64,000 nucleotides of DNA from Marispirochaeta sp. (GTDB taxonomy: Bacteria; Spirochaetota; Spirochaetia; JC444; Marispirochaetaceae): NCBI GenBank assembly GCA_963676835.2, contig CAXXFF010000003.1, positions 416,001 through 480,000 on the forward strand, given 5' to 3'. The translations under genes were made by a program, and so were the position numbers. Under the pieces are notes generated by a model. That model saw nothing but the letters and a program-made list of their open reading frames with translations. It did not search any database and had not been told where the DNA came from. Of this stretch, positions 29,139 to 38,410 are shown piece by piece. Numbering within the stretch: the stretch's first letter is position 1; each line of letters starts with the position of its first letter.

Positions 29139-29252
29139 TGCGCTCTCTTTCTGATCTTCCACGGGAATCTTTTCTTCGTTGTTCCAGCGTAAAAGACCAA
29201 GCATTATACATCCGGTAATGCACACAAACAGAATCAGATAGCCGAATGCCAT
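29136..29252 (-). CDS. Putative 38-aa single-pass membrane protein
   Basis: GGGGGAG RBS 8 nt before ATG; MAFGYLILFVCITGCIMLGLLRWNNEEKIPVEDQKESA; followed directly by a minus-strand terminator. Confidence 0.55.
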   Translation of the reverse strand: MAFGYLILFVCITGCIMLGLLRWNNEEKIPVEDQKESA

Positions 29253-29358
29253 TAGTATAACTCCCCCGCATTTCTGCATGATCAACTTGTTATTTTTATC
29301 AATGTAGCACACTTTCTGCAATAAAGAGAAGTATTTCTGTGGATATTCTGTTAACAAA

Positions 29359-29376
29359 GTGTGAATACCTTCACAA
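29359..29376. promoter_or_regulatory. Rex-type operator (also fits CRP spacing)
   Basis: GTGTGAA-TACC-TTCACAA, 13/14 match to TTGTGAA-N4-TTCACAA. Confidence 0.6.
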
Positions 29377-29450
29377 ACGTATAGATTTCATATTCCTACT
29401 TGTAGAGTTTGCATCTCCGGGGTAGACTATTTTGATCAAGAGGTTAATGA

Positions 29451-30644
29451 ATGAGAATAGTCTTTGCGACCGATACCTACTGGCCGCGAGTAAACGGTGC
29501 CACCGTTTCTATAGATGCTTTCAAACTGGAATTTGAAAAACTTGGACACGAAGTTCACATAATTGCACCTGAATATCCCAATATGGAACCCTCTCCGGAT
29601 CCTACAATTCACCGTTTTAAATCATATCAGCTTCTATTCAGCCCGGAGGACCGCCTTGTATGGAAAGCTGAAAGATGGAAAATCTTCAGAACCCTGAAAA
29701 GACTGAACCCGGACATAATACACTGCCAGACAGAATTTCAGCTTTCAATAATGGTTATGAAATTCGGCCGGAAACGAAATATTCCCATTATTTTTACCTG
29801 CCATACCTACTGGGAGGAGTATATCAATCTATACCTCCCCTTTCCCGATAAAATCGGACGCCAGGTTGCCCGGTCCATGCAGCGGGCCGCTCTTAAGTAT
29901 GTTGATGAAGTGGTTACTCCCACAGAACCAATGAAGGAAGTTCTTCATTCCTACGGGATCAAAAAGCCCATCCATGTACTGCCTACGGGAGTACCTGAGG
30001 ATGACTTTGCCGGACTGGACAGACAAGATGCTGCAGAGAACTCTTTTCTTTTTAAAGAGTTTCCCGGACTTAAGGGCAATCCCCTGCTGTTATATGTAGG
30101 AAGGGTAACCAGAGAAAAAAATATGGATTTTCTGATGGATTGCTTTAAAACAGTCAGGGAACAGGTTCCGGATCTGCATTTTCTGATTACCGGTGGCGGG
30201 CCCTACCTGAGCGAATTGAAAAAAAAGGTTAAAAAGAGGGATTACGGTGCTTCTGTCACCTTTACCGGATATGTTCCGAAAGAAAAGGTTAAATACCTGT
30301 ATGCCATGGCAGATGTTTTTGTCTTCGCTTCGAAGACAGAAACCCAGGGGCTTGTTACCATAGAATCCATGATGGCGGGAACTCCGGTAGTAGCCATAGG
30401 AGAAATGGGCACAAAGATTGTCATGAATGGTGATAACGGCGGATTCATGGTTTCCGAGGATATGGAACTTTTCTCATCAAAGGTGCTATCTCTCCTTACT
30501 GACAATGCTCTATGGCAGCGTAAATCTGCAGAAGCTGTTGAATATGCAAAAAACTGGAGCAGTGAAACCATGGCTGAACGGCTGTTCGAGATTTACCGGA
30601 GCATAAAAAAACGCAAGGAAGAGACTGAACCGGAAATATCTTGA
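29451..30644 (+). CDS. GT4 glycosyltransferase (diacylglycerol glucosyltransferase-like)
   Basis: TDTYWPRVNG, HCQTEF, TCHTYWEEY, YVGRV..EKN, ETQGLVTIESM. Confidence 0.9.
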   Translation: MRIVFATDTYWPRVNGATVSIDAFKLEFEKLGHEVHIIAPEYPNMEPSPDPTIHRFKSYQLLFSPEDRLVWKAERWKIFRTLKRLNPDIIHCQTEFQLSIMVMKFGRKRNIPIIFTCHTYWEEYINLYLPFPDKIGRQVARSMQRAALKYVDEVVTPTEPMKEVLHSYGIKKPIHVLPTGVPEDDFAGLDRQDAAENSFLFKEFPGLKGNPLLLYVGRVTREKNMDFLMDCFKTVREQVPDLHFLITGGGPYLSELKKKVKKRDYGASVTFTGYVPKEKVKYLYAMADVFVFASKTETQGLVTIESMMAGTPVVAIGEMGTKIVMNGDNGGFMVSEDMELFSSKVLSLLTDNALWQRKSAEAVEYAKNWSSETMAERLFEIYRSIKKRKEETEPEIS

Positions 30645-31552
30645 CAGATACCTCCGGTTCAGAAGAGAGTATTCCCATGAAAACACTCAGAACCTGGCTG
30701 GACAGTTCTCTCCCTTCAGTTGTATCCGAACTGGAAGAAAGCATTACCTCCGGTTTCCATATTCAGGGAGATGATCAGCTCTCACTGTCTGCCCGGGAAG
30801 AAATTTTTGACATTCTTGATATTCTCCATTCGGTAATTTTTCCAGGGCGGTACGGGAATCAATGTCCTTCACAGGGAGAAGATCTCCATTTTTTTATCCG
30901 AACCTCCCTTCTCGAAGCAGTTGCATTGTTAAAACGTCATCTGATTAGAATTTACAGTTCGTTGAATAATGAGGAAAAAGATAAAAAAATTACTGAGATT
31001 GTTTCGACCCTGGTGGAGAAACTTCCGAAAATACGCTCAATGCTGGTTGAGGATATCAACTCCGCATACGAAGGAGATCCCGCAGCCAGCTCATTTGACG
31101 AGATAGTCTTGAGCTATCCCTTTATAGAAGCAATAGCCACACACCGGATCGCCCATAGCCTGTATCACCAGGGGGTCCCCATAATCCCCAGAATCATGAC
31201 AGAGCGGGCCCACTCAAGAACCGGAATAGACATACATCCGGGAGCGGAGATTGCACCGGGATTTTTTATCGATCACGGAACCGGTGTAGTTATAGGCGAA
31301 ACCTGCCGTATAGGCCGCAATGTAAAGATTTATCAGGGAGTTACCCTGGGAGCTCTCTCCCCCCTGGATAAAGAAGGAAACCCCAAGCGGGGGGTAAAAC
31401 GTCATCCCGACATTGAAGACGATGTAATTATCTATGCCAATGCAACCATCCTCGGAGGGAATACAGTCATAGGTAAAGGCTCTGTTATCGGCGGTAATAC
31501 ATGGATAGTAAAGTCGGTTCCTCCGGGGTCACTGATCTATAACAAGAAGTAA
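30641..31552 (+). CDS. cysE: Serine O-acetyltransferase (EpsC type)
   Basis: GDPAA, YP...A...HRIAH, TGIDIHPGA, FIDHGTGVVIGET, YQGVTLG, KRHP. Confidence 0.93.
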   Translation: MTDTSGSEESIPMKTLRTWLDSSLPSVVSELEESITSGFHIQGDDQLSLSAREEIFDILDILHSVIFPGRYGNQCPSQGEDLHFFIRTSLLEAVALLKRHLIRIYSSLNNEEKDKKITEIVSTLVEKLPKIRSMLVEDINSAYEGDPAASSFDEIVLSYPFIEAIATHRIAHSLYHQGVPIIPRIMTERAHSRTGIDIHPGAEIAPGFFIDHGTGVVIGETCRIGRNVKIYQGVTLGALSPLDKEGNPKRGVKRHPDIEDDVIIYANATILGGNTVIGKGSVIGGNTWIVKSVPPGSLIYNKK

Positions 31553-31728
31553 ACCTGATTCTTTCATACATTTCCGTGTATAGCGTATTACTTGACTACA
31601 TTTTTGTAGGTAAAAAATACACATTATGCCTTTTTGTCAGTTAGATACCATATGGTAAAAAATACTGTTTTATTTTATTTTATTGTTACATATAGATTTA
31701 AACAATTTCTAAATAACGGAGCTGATTT

Positions 31729-31745
31729 TTGGCACAGCTCCTGCA
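31729..31745 (+). promoter_or_regulatory. Sigma54 (-24/-12) promoter of amtB-glnK
   Basis: TTGGCAC-AGCTC-CTGCA, preceded by an AT-rich tract and upstream palindromes such as CTACA-tttt-TGTAG (31596-31609). Confidence 0.75.
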
Positions 31746-31785
31746 TTATAGATGTCAAGTTGAACACATCCTTTAGGAGGAGTCT

Positions 31786-33141
31786 ATGAAACGAGTCTTC
31801 GTAATCCTTGCTCTGCTGCTGGTTACAGCAGGCACACTTTTTGCTGATGATGTCAGTGATTCACTGGCACTCTACAGCGACGCATTTGACATGATCTGGT
31901 TGATCCTGTCTGCGGCACTTGTATTCTTTATGCAGGCCGGTTTTGCTATGGTTGAAACTGGTCTTACCCGCGCCAAAAACGCTTCGAACATCCTGATGAA
32001 AAACCTGATGGATTTCTCCGCCGGAGCAGTTATTTTCTGGGCAGTGGGTTGGGCGTTCATGTACGGCGCACCTTCAATCGGCGGCCTGATCGGTGGAAAC
32101 GGTTTCTTCCTTTCCTACACTCAGGAAGCTCTTGAGGCATACGGTGTTTCCGACATGTCTGCAATTTTCCGGGACTGGATGTTCCAGGTAGTTTTCGCAG
32201 CAACTGCAGCGACTATTGTATCCGGAGCTATGGCTGAAAGAACCAAGTTCTCTGCCTACCTTGTCTACTCTGTATTCATTTCCGGTCTGATCTACCCGAT
32301 CTCCGGTCACTGGATCTGGGGCGGCGGCTGGCTCTCTGAACTTGGATTCCATGACTTTGCCGGATCTACTGTTGTACACTCCGTAGGTGCATGGGCAGCT
32401 CTTGCCGGTGCCATCATCATCGGACCCCGTATCGGTAAATATGTAAAGGTCGGCGACAAGGTAACCGTAAAGGCTATCCCCGGTCACAACATGCCCCTGG
32501 CAGCCCTTGGTGTATTTATCCTTTGGTTCGGCTGGTACGGATTCAACGCCGGTTCCACCCTTTCCGGAACTGATCTTTCAATCGCATCTGTAGCTACTAC
32601 TACTACCCTGGCAGCATCTGCCGGAGCGATTGCAGCACTGATCACTTCATGGATCTGGTTCGGCAAACCCGACCCCTCCATGTCTCTTAACGGTGCTCTT
32701 GCAGGTCTGGTAGGTATTACTGCTCCCTGTGGAGTTACCACTCCCGGTGCAGCGATCATTATCGGTCTTGTTGCAGGTGCACTGGTTGTAGCCAGCGTCG
32801 AGTTCATCGACAAGGTTCTGCACATCGACGATCCCGTTGGAGCAATCTCCGTACACGGTGTTTGCGGTGCATGGGGAACCCTGGCAGTTGGTCTCTTCTC
32901 CTCCAGCGAGGATGTAGGACTTGGTCTGTTTTACGGCGGTGGATTCCACCAGCTTGGTATTCAGGCACTTGGTGTAGTTGCAGTATTCGGTTGGGCATTC
33001 ATTGCCGCAGCGGTACTCTTCAGTATCATCAAAGCAACTGTCGGCCTTAGAGTTTCCGAGAAAGAGGAACTTCAGGGTCTGGATATCGGGGAACACGGAG
33101 TCGAGTCTTATGCCGGCTTCCAGATTTTCCAGAACATGTAA
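31786..33141 (+). CDS. amtB: Ammonium transporter
   Basis: FFMQAGFAMVETG, FAATAATIVSGAMAER, DFAGSTVVH, LWFGWYGFN, DDPVGAISVHG. Confidence 0.97.
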   Translation: MKRVFVILALLLVTAGTLFADDVSDSLALYSDAFDMIWLILSAALVFFMQAGFAMVETGLTRAKNASNILMKNLMDFSAGAVIFWAVGWAFMYGAPSIGGLIGGNGFFLSYTQEALEAYGVSDMSAIFRDWMFQVVFAATAATIVSGAMAERTKFSAYLVYSVFISGLIYPISGHWIWGGGWLSELGFHDFAGSTVVHSVGAWAALAGAIIIGPRIGKYVKVGDKVTVKAIPGHNMPLAALGVFILWFGWYGFNAGSTLSGTDLSIASVATTTTLAASAGAIAALITSWIWFGKPDPSMSLNGALAGLVGITAPCGVTTPGAAIIIGLVAGALVVASVEFIDKVLHIDDPVGAISVHGVCGAWGTLAVGLFSSSEDVGLGLFYGGGFHQLGIQALGVVAVFGWAFIAAAVLFSIIKATVGLRVSEKEELQGLDIGEHGVESYAGFQIFQNM

Positions 33142-33156
33142 GTTGGGAGGTACAGC

Positions 33157-33498
33157 ATGAAACTGATTATTGCATATATTCAGCCGGATAAACTGAACGA
33201 CGTTAAGCAGGAACTGTACAAAGCGGAAGTATTTAAAATGTCCGTTACCAATGCCATGGGCTGTGGACAGCAGATGGGATTCACCGAATCCTACCGTGGT
33301 GTAGCCATTGAGGTTAACCTGCTGAAGAAAGTACGTATTGAGATCGGAGTTAATGACGATTTCGTACAGAAGACTGTAGATGCCATTATTGCCGGTGCAA
33401 AAACCGGAAATATCGGAGACGGAAAGATTTTCGTTCTTCCCATGGAAGGATGTATACGCATCCGCTCAGGTGAGACCGGAAACGACGCCATCGGCTGA
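33157..33498 (+). CDS. glnK: P-II nitrogen regulator
   Basis: [33 protein letters not shown]. Confidence 0.93.
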   Translation: MKLIIAYIQPDKLNDVKQELYKAEVFKMSVTNAMGCGQQMGFTESYRGVAIEVNLLKKVRIEIGVNDDFVQKTVDAIIAGAKTGNIGDGKIFVLPMEGCIRIRSGETGNDAIG

Positions 33499-33528
33499 TC
33501 CCGCTCCCTCTTATAACAGTCATTTTAC

Positions 33529-33560
33529 AAGCCCGCCGATTTACGGCGGGCTTTCTTTTT
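33529..33560 (+). terminator. Intrinsic terminator of amtB-glnK
   Basis: AAGCCCGCCG-attta-CGGCGGGCTT followed by TCTTTT. Confidence 0.88.
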
Positions 33561-33644
33561 AGCTTTTAGGGCGGCCTTCATTAACCATTTAATCCCGCTA
33601 CTTTCCCCTTCCGTAAAACCGCATTTTTGATTAAGTTATCTGAT

Positions 33645-36600
33645 ATGACATTTTTAGAACGCTTGGAAAAAGGGACCGTAATCTTTGACGGTGCCATGGG
33701 AACACAGATACAGAGCCTGACCATCAGCGATGAAGAATGGGATGGACGACAGGGTTGCACTGAAATCCTCAACCTTACATCTCCCGATAAAATTGACATG
33801 ATTCACCGCCGCTATCTGGAAGCGGGTTCCGATGTAATTGAAACCAACTCCTTTGGCGGCAACAGTATAGTTCTTGCCGAATACGAGCTTGAAGATAAAA
33901 TTATAGAGATAAACCGAACTGCAGCAGAAATTGCCGGAAAAGCCGCTGCGGATTACAGCACCCCAGATAAGCCGCGCTTTGTTGCAGGATCAATCGGCCC
34001 CGGAACCCGGCTGCCCTCTCTGGGTCAGGCAAGTTTCGACACTCTTTATGATTCATACAAACTTCAATGCCGCGGATTAATTGAAGGCGGAGTCGATCTG
34101 CTGCTGATTGAAACATGTCAGGATCTGCTGCAGATAAAATCTGCGCTTGTTGCTGCTCTTGACGAAATGAAAGAGCTGAACAGGGAATTACCTGTTGGAG
34201 TATCCGTTACGGTGGAAACTACCGGAACCCTCCTTATCGGCTCCAGCATAGGAGCAGTAATTTCCGCCCTCTCACCTTTTCCCATTGCCTTTCTCGGGTT
34301 GAACTGTGCTACAGGCCCGGACAAAATGCGCAGCTACATAAAAGAAGCCAGTCAGAAATTCCGTGGCCCTGTTTTCGTTATGCCCAACGCAGGGATGCCT
34401 GAAAACAAGGGCGGCCAGACAGTCTACTCACTCACACCAGCCGATTTTGTCGCACCTCTGCAGCAGATGATTACCGAAGACGGGGCTGCAATTGTAGGAG
34501 GCTGCTGCGGGACCGGTCCGGAATATATTAAAGCTCTTTCAGAAGCCGCTTCGAAAATAAGACGCGGAAGCCGTACGACTGAAATATCCGACACCGTAAG
34601 TTCTCTATTCACAGAGAAAGATCTTACACAGAATCCTGCACCCTTTCTTATCGGAGAACGGACAAATACAAACGGCAGCCGGCTCTTTCGTAATAAACTT
34701 CTCAAGGAAGACTGGGATGGTATTCTTGAAGTAGCAAAAGAACAGGTTACATCCGGGGCTCATGCTCTGGATCTGTGCGTCGCCTACACCGGCCGGGACG
34801 AGATTCGTGACATGAGAGAAGCCGTTGGCAGAATTGTCACACAAGTCGACCTTCCCCTGGTTGTGGATTCCACAACCCCCGAGGTTATCGAAGAAGCGTT
34901 GAAAATGATCGGCGGCAGGGCAATCATAAACTCAATAAACCTCGAAGACGGTGAAGACCGGGCACGGAGTATATGCCGCATAGCCAAACGCTACGGAGCC
35001 GCACTGATTGCGCTTACCATCGATGAAGAAGGCATGGCAAAGGATGCTGAAAGAAAAGAATCCATTGCAAAAAGGCTCTACAATCTGGCCGTCAATGAAG
35101 AAGGAATGGCCCCGGGAGACCTTCTTTTCGACACCCTCACATTTACCCTGGGAAGCGGCGATGAAACACTGAAAACCGCGGCGATTGAGACCATGGAAGG
35201 CATACGGAGGGTAAAAGCCTCGTGCCCCGGAGCAAGAACCGTCCTTGGTTTAAGCAATATCTCCTTTGGGCTGTCCCCCTACTCCAGGGAAGTCCTCAAT
35301 TCCATCTTTCTGGATCTGGCTATCGAAGCAGGCCTGGATGCCGCCATCATTAATGTTAAAAAAATAATGCCCTTAAGTACCATTCCGGAGGATGAAAAAC
35401 AGCATGCTCTGGATCTTATTTTTAACCGCGGGAAAGACCCGCTGTTCAGTTTTATCCGGTTCTTTGAAGGCAAAGAGGGTAACGCAAGAGAGGAAGAAGA
35501 TCTTTCTTCCGCCAGCCCTGAAGAGCGTCTGCAGAAATCCGTTATAAACGGGAAAAAATCGGGGCTGGACACACTTCTTGAGGAACTGAGGCAGAATACC
35601 GCTCCTACGGATATAATCAACACCCTGCTTATACCAGCCATGAAAGAAGTTGGTGTTCTTTTTGGATCCGGAAAAATGCAGCTTCCTTTTGTTCTTCAGT
35701 CGGCAGAGGTTATGAAAAAGGCGGTTGCCTGGCTTGAACCCTTTATGGAAAAAAAGGAAAACAGCGAAACCCTTCAGCTTGTGCTTGCGACAGTCAAGGG
35801 TGATGTCCATGATATAGGGAAAAACCTGGTGGATATTATCCTCTCAAACAATGGCTATCAGGTGCACAACCTCGGTATTAAATGTGAGATTGAAACCATA
35901 CTCGACAAGGTTGAAGAAACCGGGGCCAATGCTGTCGGATTAAGCGGACTCCTGGTTAAATCCACGGTAATAATGAAAGAATACCTTGAAGAGATGGAAC
36001 GCCGGGGTTATACCATTCCGGTACTGCTCGGGGGAGCTGCTCTGACAAGAGACTACGTTGCCATAGACTGCGCCTCAGTCTACTCCGGTCCGGTGGTATA
36101 TTGTCCTGATGCCTTCGCCGGTCTTTCAGCAATGAACCAGCTGAAAGAAGGTACACTGGTTTCCACACCGGTGCGTGAGCAGAATACCATCGCCCGGGTA
36201 AAGCCTGCTGAAGAGGCCCCTGTCCAAATCTCTCATGATATATCCATACCGGAAGTGCCTTTTTTCGGTTCCAGGGTGGTAAAAGACATAAAGCTCGAAG
36301 ATGTCTACCCGCTGCTGACGGAGCAAGTACTCTTCAGAGGCCGCTGGGGCTACCGTAGGGGCTCCTTAAGCGCATCAGAGTATGAAGACCTGCTGAACAG
36401 TGAAGTAAGGCCCCAGTTTGAAAAACTGAAGGCTGAGGGAATGTCTGAAGGGCTTTTTGAACCCAAGGTTGTATACGGATACTACCCCTGCTACAGCGAG
36501 GGAAATGAGGTAGTCGTCCTGGACGAAGAGGGAAAGGGCGAACTCGGCCGTTTCGGCTTCCCCCGTCAGGAGGAATCTCCCGGACTGTGCATCGCTGATT

Positions 36601-37037
36601 ATTTTCTTCCCAATGACGCCGGCCGAAGAGACCTTATCGGTCTTCAGGTAGTCACCGTTGGAGACAAGGCACATAAAAAAGCAGAAAAGCTGTACTCCGA
36701 TGATTCCTACAAAGACTACCTGCTTTTTCACGGTCTGAGTGTTGAACTGGCAGAAGCTCTGGCTGAATACTGGCACCTGAAAGTTCGGGAAGAGCTTGCA
36801 ATTACTGAAGAGGATGGTTCGGGAATTCAGGATTTTGTTGTTCAGGGATACCGGGGATCACGCTACTCATTCGGCTATCCCGCCTGCCCGGACATGAAGG
36901 GGAATGAGCTCATTTTTGATCTGCTTAAACCTGAAAGAATCGGTGTTACTCTGACAGAAGGCGGCCAGATGGTGCCGGAACAGACAACCTCGGCTTTTAT
37001 TGTTCACCACCCGCAGGCAAAGTACTTTAAAGCCTGA
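33645..37037 (+). CDS. metH: Cobalamin-dependent methionine synthase
   Basis: DGAMGT, LNCATGP, GGCCGT, IGERTN.NGS, DVHDIGKN B12 motif, RYSFGYPACPD; probable ATG 33645. Confidence 0.97.
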   Translation: MTFLERLEKGTVIFDGAMGTQIQSLTISDEEWDGRQGCTEILNLTSPDKIDMIHRRYLEAGSDVIETNSFGGNSIVLAEYELEDKIIEINRTAAEIAGKAAADYSTPDKPRFVAGSIGPGTRLPSLGQASFDTLYDSYKLQCRGLIEGGVDLLLIETCQDLLQIKSALVAALDEMKELNRELPVGVSVTVETTGTLLIGSSIGAVISALSPFPIAFLGLNCATGPDKMRSYIKEASQKFRGPVFVMPNAGMPENKGGQTVYSLTPADFVAPLQQMITEDGAAIVGGCCGTGPEYIKALSEAASKIRRGSRTTEISDTVSSLFTEKDLTQNPAPFLIGERTNTNGSRLFRNKLLKEDWDGILEVAKEQVTSGAHALDLCVAYTGRDEIRDMREAVGRIVTQVDLPLVVDSTTPEVIEEALKMIGGRAIINSINLEDGEDRARSICRIAKRYGAALIALTIDEEGMAKDAERKESIAKRLYNLAVNEEGMAPGDLLFDTLTFTLGSGDETLKTAAIETMEGIRRVKASCPGARTVLGLSNISFGLSPYSREVLNSIFLDLAIEAGLDAAIINVKKIMPLSTIPEDEKQHALDLIFNRGKDPLFSFIRFFEGKEGNAREEEDLSSASPEERLQKSVINGKKSGLDTLLEELRQNTAPTDIINTLLIPAMKEVGVLFGSGKMQLPFVLQSAEVMKKAVAWLEPFMEKKENSETLQLVLATVKGDVHDIGKNLVDIILSNNGYQVHNLGIKCEIETILDKVEETGANAVGLSGLLVKSTVIMKEYLEEMERRGYTIPVLLGGAALTRDYVAIDCASVYSGPVVYCPDAFAGLSAMNQLKEGTLVSTPVREQNTIARVKPAEEAPVQISHDISIPEVPFFGSRVVKDIKLEDVYPLLTEQVLFRGRWGYRRGSLSASEYEDLLNSEVRPQFEKLKAEGMSEGLFEPKVVYGYYPCYSEGNEVVVLDEEGKGELGRFGFPRQEESPGLCIADYFLPNDAGRRDLIGLQVVTVGDKAHKKAEKLYSDDSYKDYLLFHGLSVELAEALAEYWHLKVREELAITEEDGSGIQDFVVQGYRGSRYSFGYPACPDMKGNELIFDLLKPERIGVTLTEGGQMVPEQTTSAFIVHHPQAKYFKA

Positions 37038-37075
37038 TCTTACCCGATAGTCGTTGGAACAAAAAGGAGTGAATT

Positions 37076-37234
37076 ATGACCAAATATATATGTACAAACT
37101 GCGGGTATATTTATGATCCGGAAATCGGGGATGAAACCCAGGGGATTCCTGCGGGAACAGCTTTCGATTTGCTGCCGGATGACTGGACCTGCCCCATCTG
37201 CTATGTGGGCAAAGAACAGTTCGACCAGATGTAG
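37076..37234 (+). CDS. Rubredoxin (52 aa, CTNCG/CPICY)
   Basis: Manual translation [19 protein letters not shown]...[26 protein letters not shown]; shorter than the ORF-track cutoff. Confidence 0.92.
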   Translation: MTKYICTNCGYIYDPEIGDETQGIPAGTAFDLLPDDWTCPICYVGKEQFDQM

Positions 37235-37240
37235 GCAATA

Positions 37241-37265
37241 AAAAACCGGTCCCTTGAGGACCGGT
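37241..37265. terminator. Terminator hairpin between the convergent rubredoxins
   Basis: AAAA-ACCGGTCC-cttga-GGACCGGT. Confidence 0.75.
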
Positions 37266-37291
37266 ATACTATACTAAAACGTGTAAGCTGC

Positions 37292-37453
37292 TTACTCCTC
37301 AGGGGAGAAGTCGTCTTTACCTACGCCGCAGACAGGACAAACCCAGTCTTCGGGAAGATCTTCAAATGCAGTTCCTGCTTTAACATCGTTGTCGGGATCG
37401 CCTTCAGCGGGATCATAGATGTAGCCGCAGGCATCACATACGTATCTTTTCAT
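37292..37453 (-). CDS. Rubredoxin (53 aa, canonical)
   Basis: [62 protein letters not shown]. Confidence 0.95.
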   Translation of the reverse strand: MKRYVCDACGYIYDPAEGDPDNDVKAGTAFEDLPEDWVCPVCGVGKDDFSPEE

Positions 37454-37485
37454 CTTGGTCTCCTTAACTTAAATATCTGCCCCGA

Positions 37486-37860
37486 TCAGGATTTCCACAA
37501 TCCGTGAACGTTACAGTATTCTCTTGCACTTACATTATCAGCTTTAATGCAGAAATTTGCAACAGGCTCTGTTCCAGGTTTCAGAAACTGAAAATAGGAA
37601 ACACCATCTGCAATAAGCTCGATCCACTGAATATAGTGCTCATCAGTCATGGGATGAATAGTACTTCCGACGGTTACTTTATAACCATCAGCAGTTTTCT
37701 CTATAACGGGGACATGCTTTTCAGTGCTGCTGTCAGCACTTTTTTCTTTAAGCAGTTCCATGGGTTTTCCACAACAAACCAGCTCACCGCCGCCTGAGTA
37801 GAGCATTTCGACAATGTTCCCGCATTCAGAACATTTGAATACATCCAGTCTTTTAGCCAT
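37486..37860 (-). CDS. dfx: Desulfoferrodoxin (2Fe superoxide reductase)
   Basis: CSECGN...VCCG desulforedoxin domain; EKHVP, HPM...HYI.WI, CNVHGLW. Confidence 0.95.
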   Translation of the reverse strand: MAKRLDVFKCSECGNIVEMLYSGGGELVCCGKPMELLKEKSADSSTEKHVPVIEKTADGYKVTVGSTIHPMTDEHYIQWIELIADGVSYFQFLKPGTEPVANFCIKADNVSAREYCNVHGLWKS

Positions 37861-37945
37861 AAAAATCCTCCATTCCTTATAATATAAAAACCTCTGGTTT
37901 TATAACCCGGGTCTTTGGGAGCAAAATATTACGTAATTTACCTGT

Positions 37946-38341
37946 TCAGGATGTCCGGCATGAGGGACAGACCCCACGGACAAGAATCTCAACGGATTCA
38001 GTTGAAAAATTATTAAGCGAGTTCTTTTGTACCGCATGAGACACGTCAAAGGTTTCTTCCCAGTCAAGATCGGATACGGAACCGCACTCTTTGCAATGAA
38101 AATGGGGATGACTCGCAGGTTCCGGATCGTAGTGGGCATGACTTCCACCTACATCCAGGCGGCTGATAACACCGTTACCGGCAAGCATATCGAGATTTCT
38201 GTATACAGTGCCAAGGCTGATCTTTGGAAGAACAGACCTGACCTCGGTATAAATTTCTTCAGCACCGGGATGGTCCTTATGTTTCTGCAGAGTTTCAATG
38301 ATAATTTTCCGCTGTATGGTTGTTCTCATTTTCAGTATCAC
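37946..38341 (-). CDS. perR: Fur-family regulator, PerR-like
   Basis: T.QR, HP.AEE, SLGTVYRNL, H.HF.CKECG and C-terminal CPSC; heads the dfx-rubredoxin operon. Confidence 0.8.
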   Translation of the reverse strand: MILKMRTTIQRKIIIETLQKHKDHPGAEEIYTEVRSVLPKISLGTVYRNLDMLAGNGVISRLDVGGSHAHYDPEPASHPHFHCKECGSVSDLDWEETFDVSHAVQKNSLNNFSTESVEILVRGVCPSCRTS

Positions 38342-38354
38342 CTGTATATACAGT

Positions 38355-38402
38355 TGTAGTAGGGATTACTGATAATTTAGGTAATTAATAGCCATAAGTC
38401 AA
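38355..38402 (-). promoter_or_regulatory. Sigma70 promoter plus candidate PerR box
   Basis: TTGACT-N17-TAAATT followed directly by ATCAGTAATCCCTACTACA (AGTAA-N3-(T/C)TACT palindrome, 38355-38373). Confidence 0.6.
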
Positions 38403-38410
38403 ATGCTTTC

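Noticed and set aside
33500..33645. SAM or cobalamin riboswitch upstream of metH
   Set aside because: Only about 85 bp follow the glnK terminator, with no aptamer motifs; the promoter geometry suggests a leaderless transcript.
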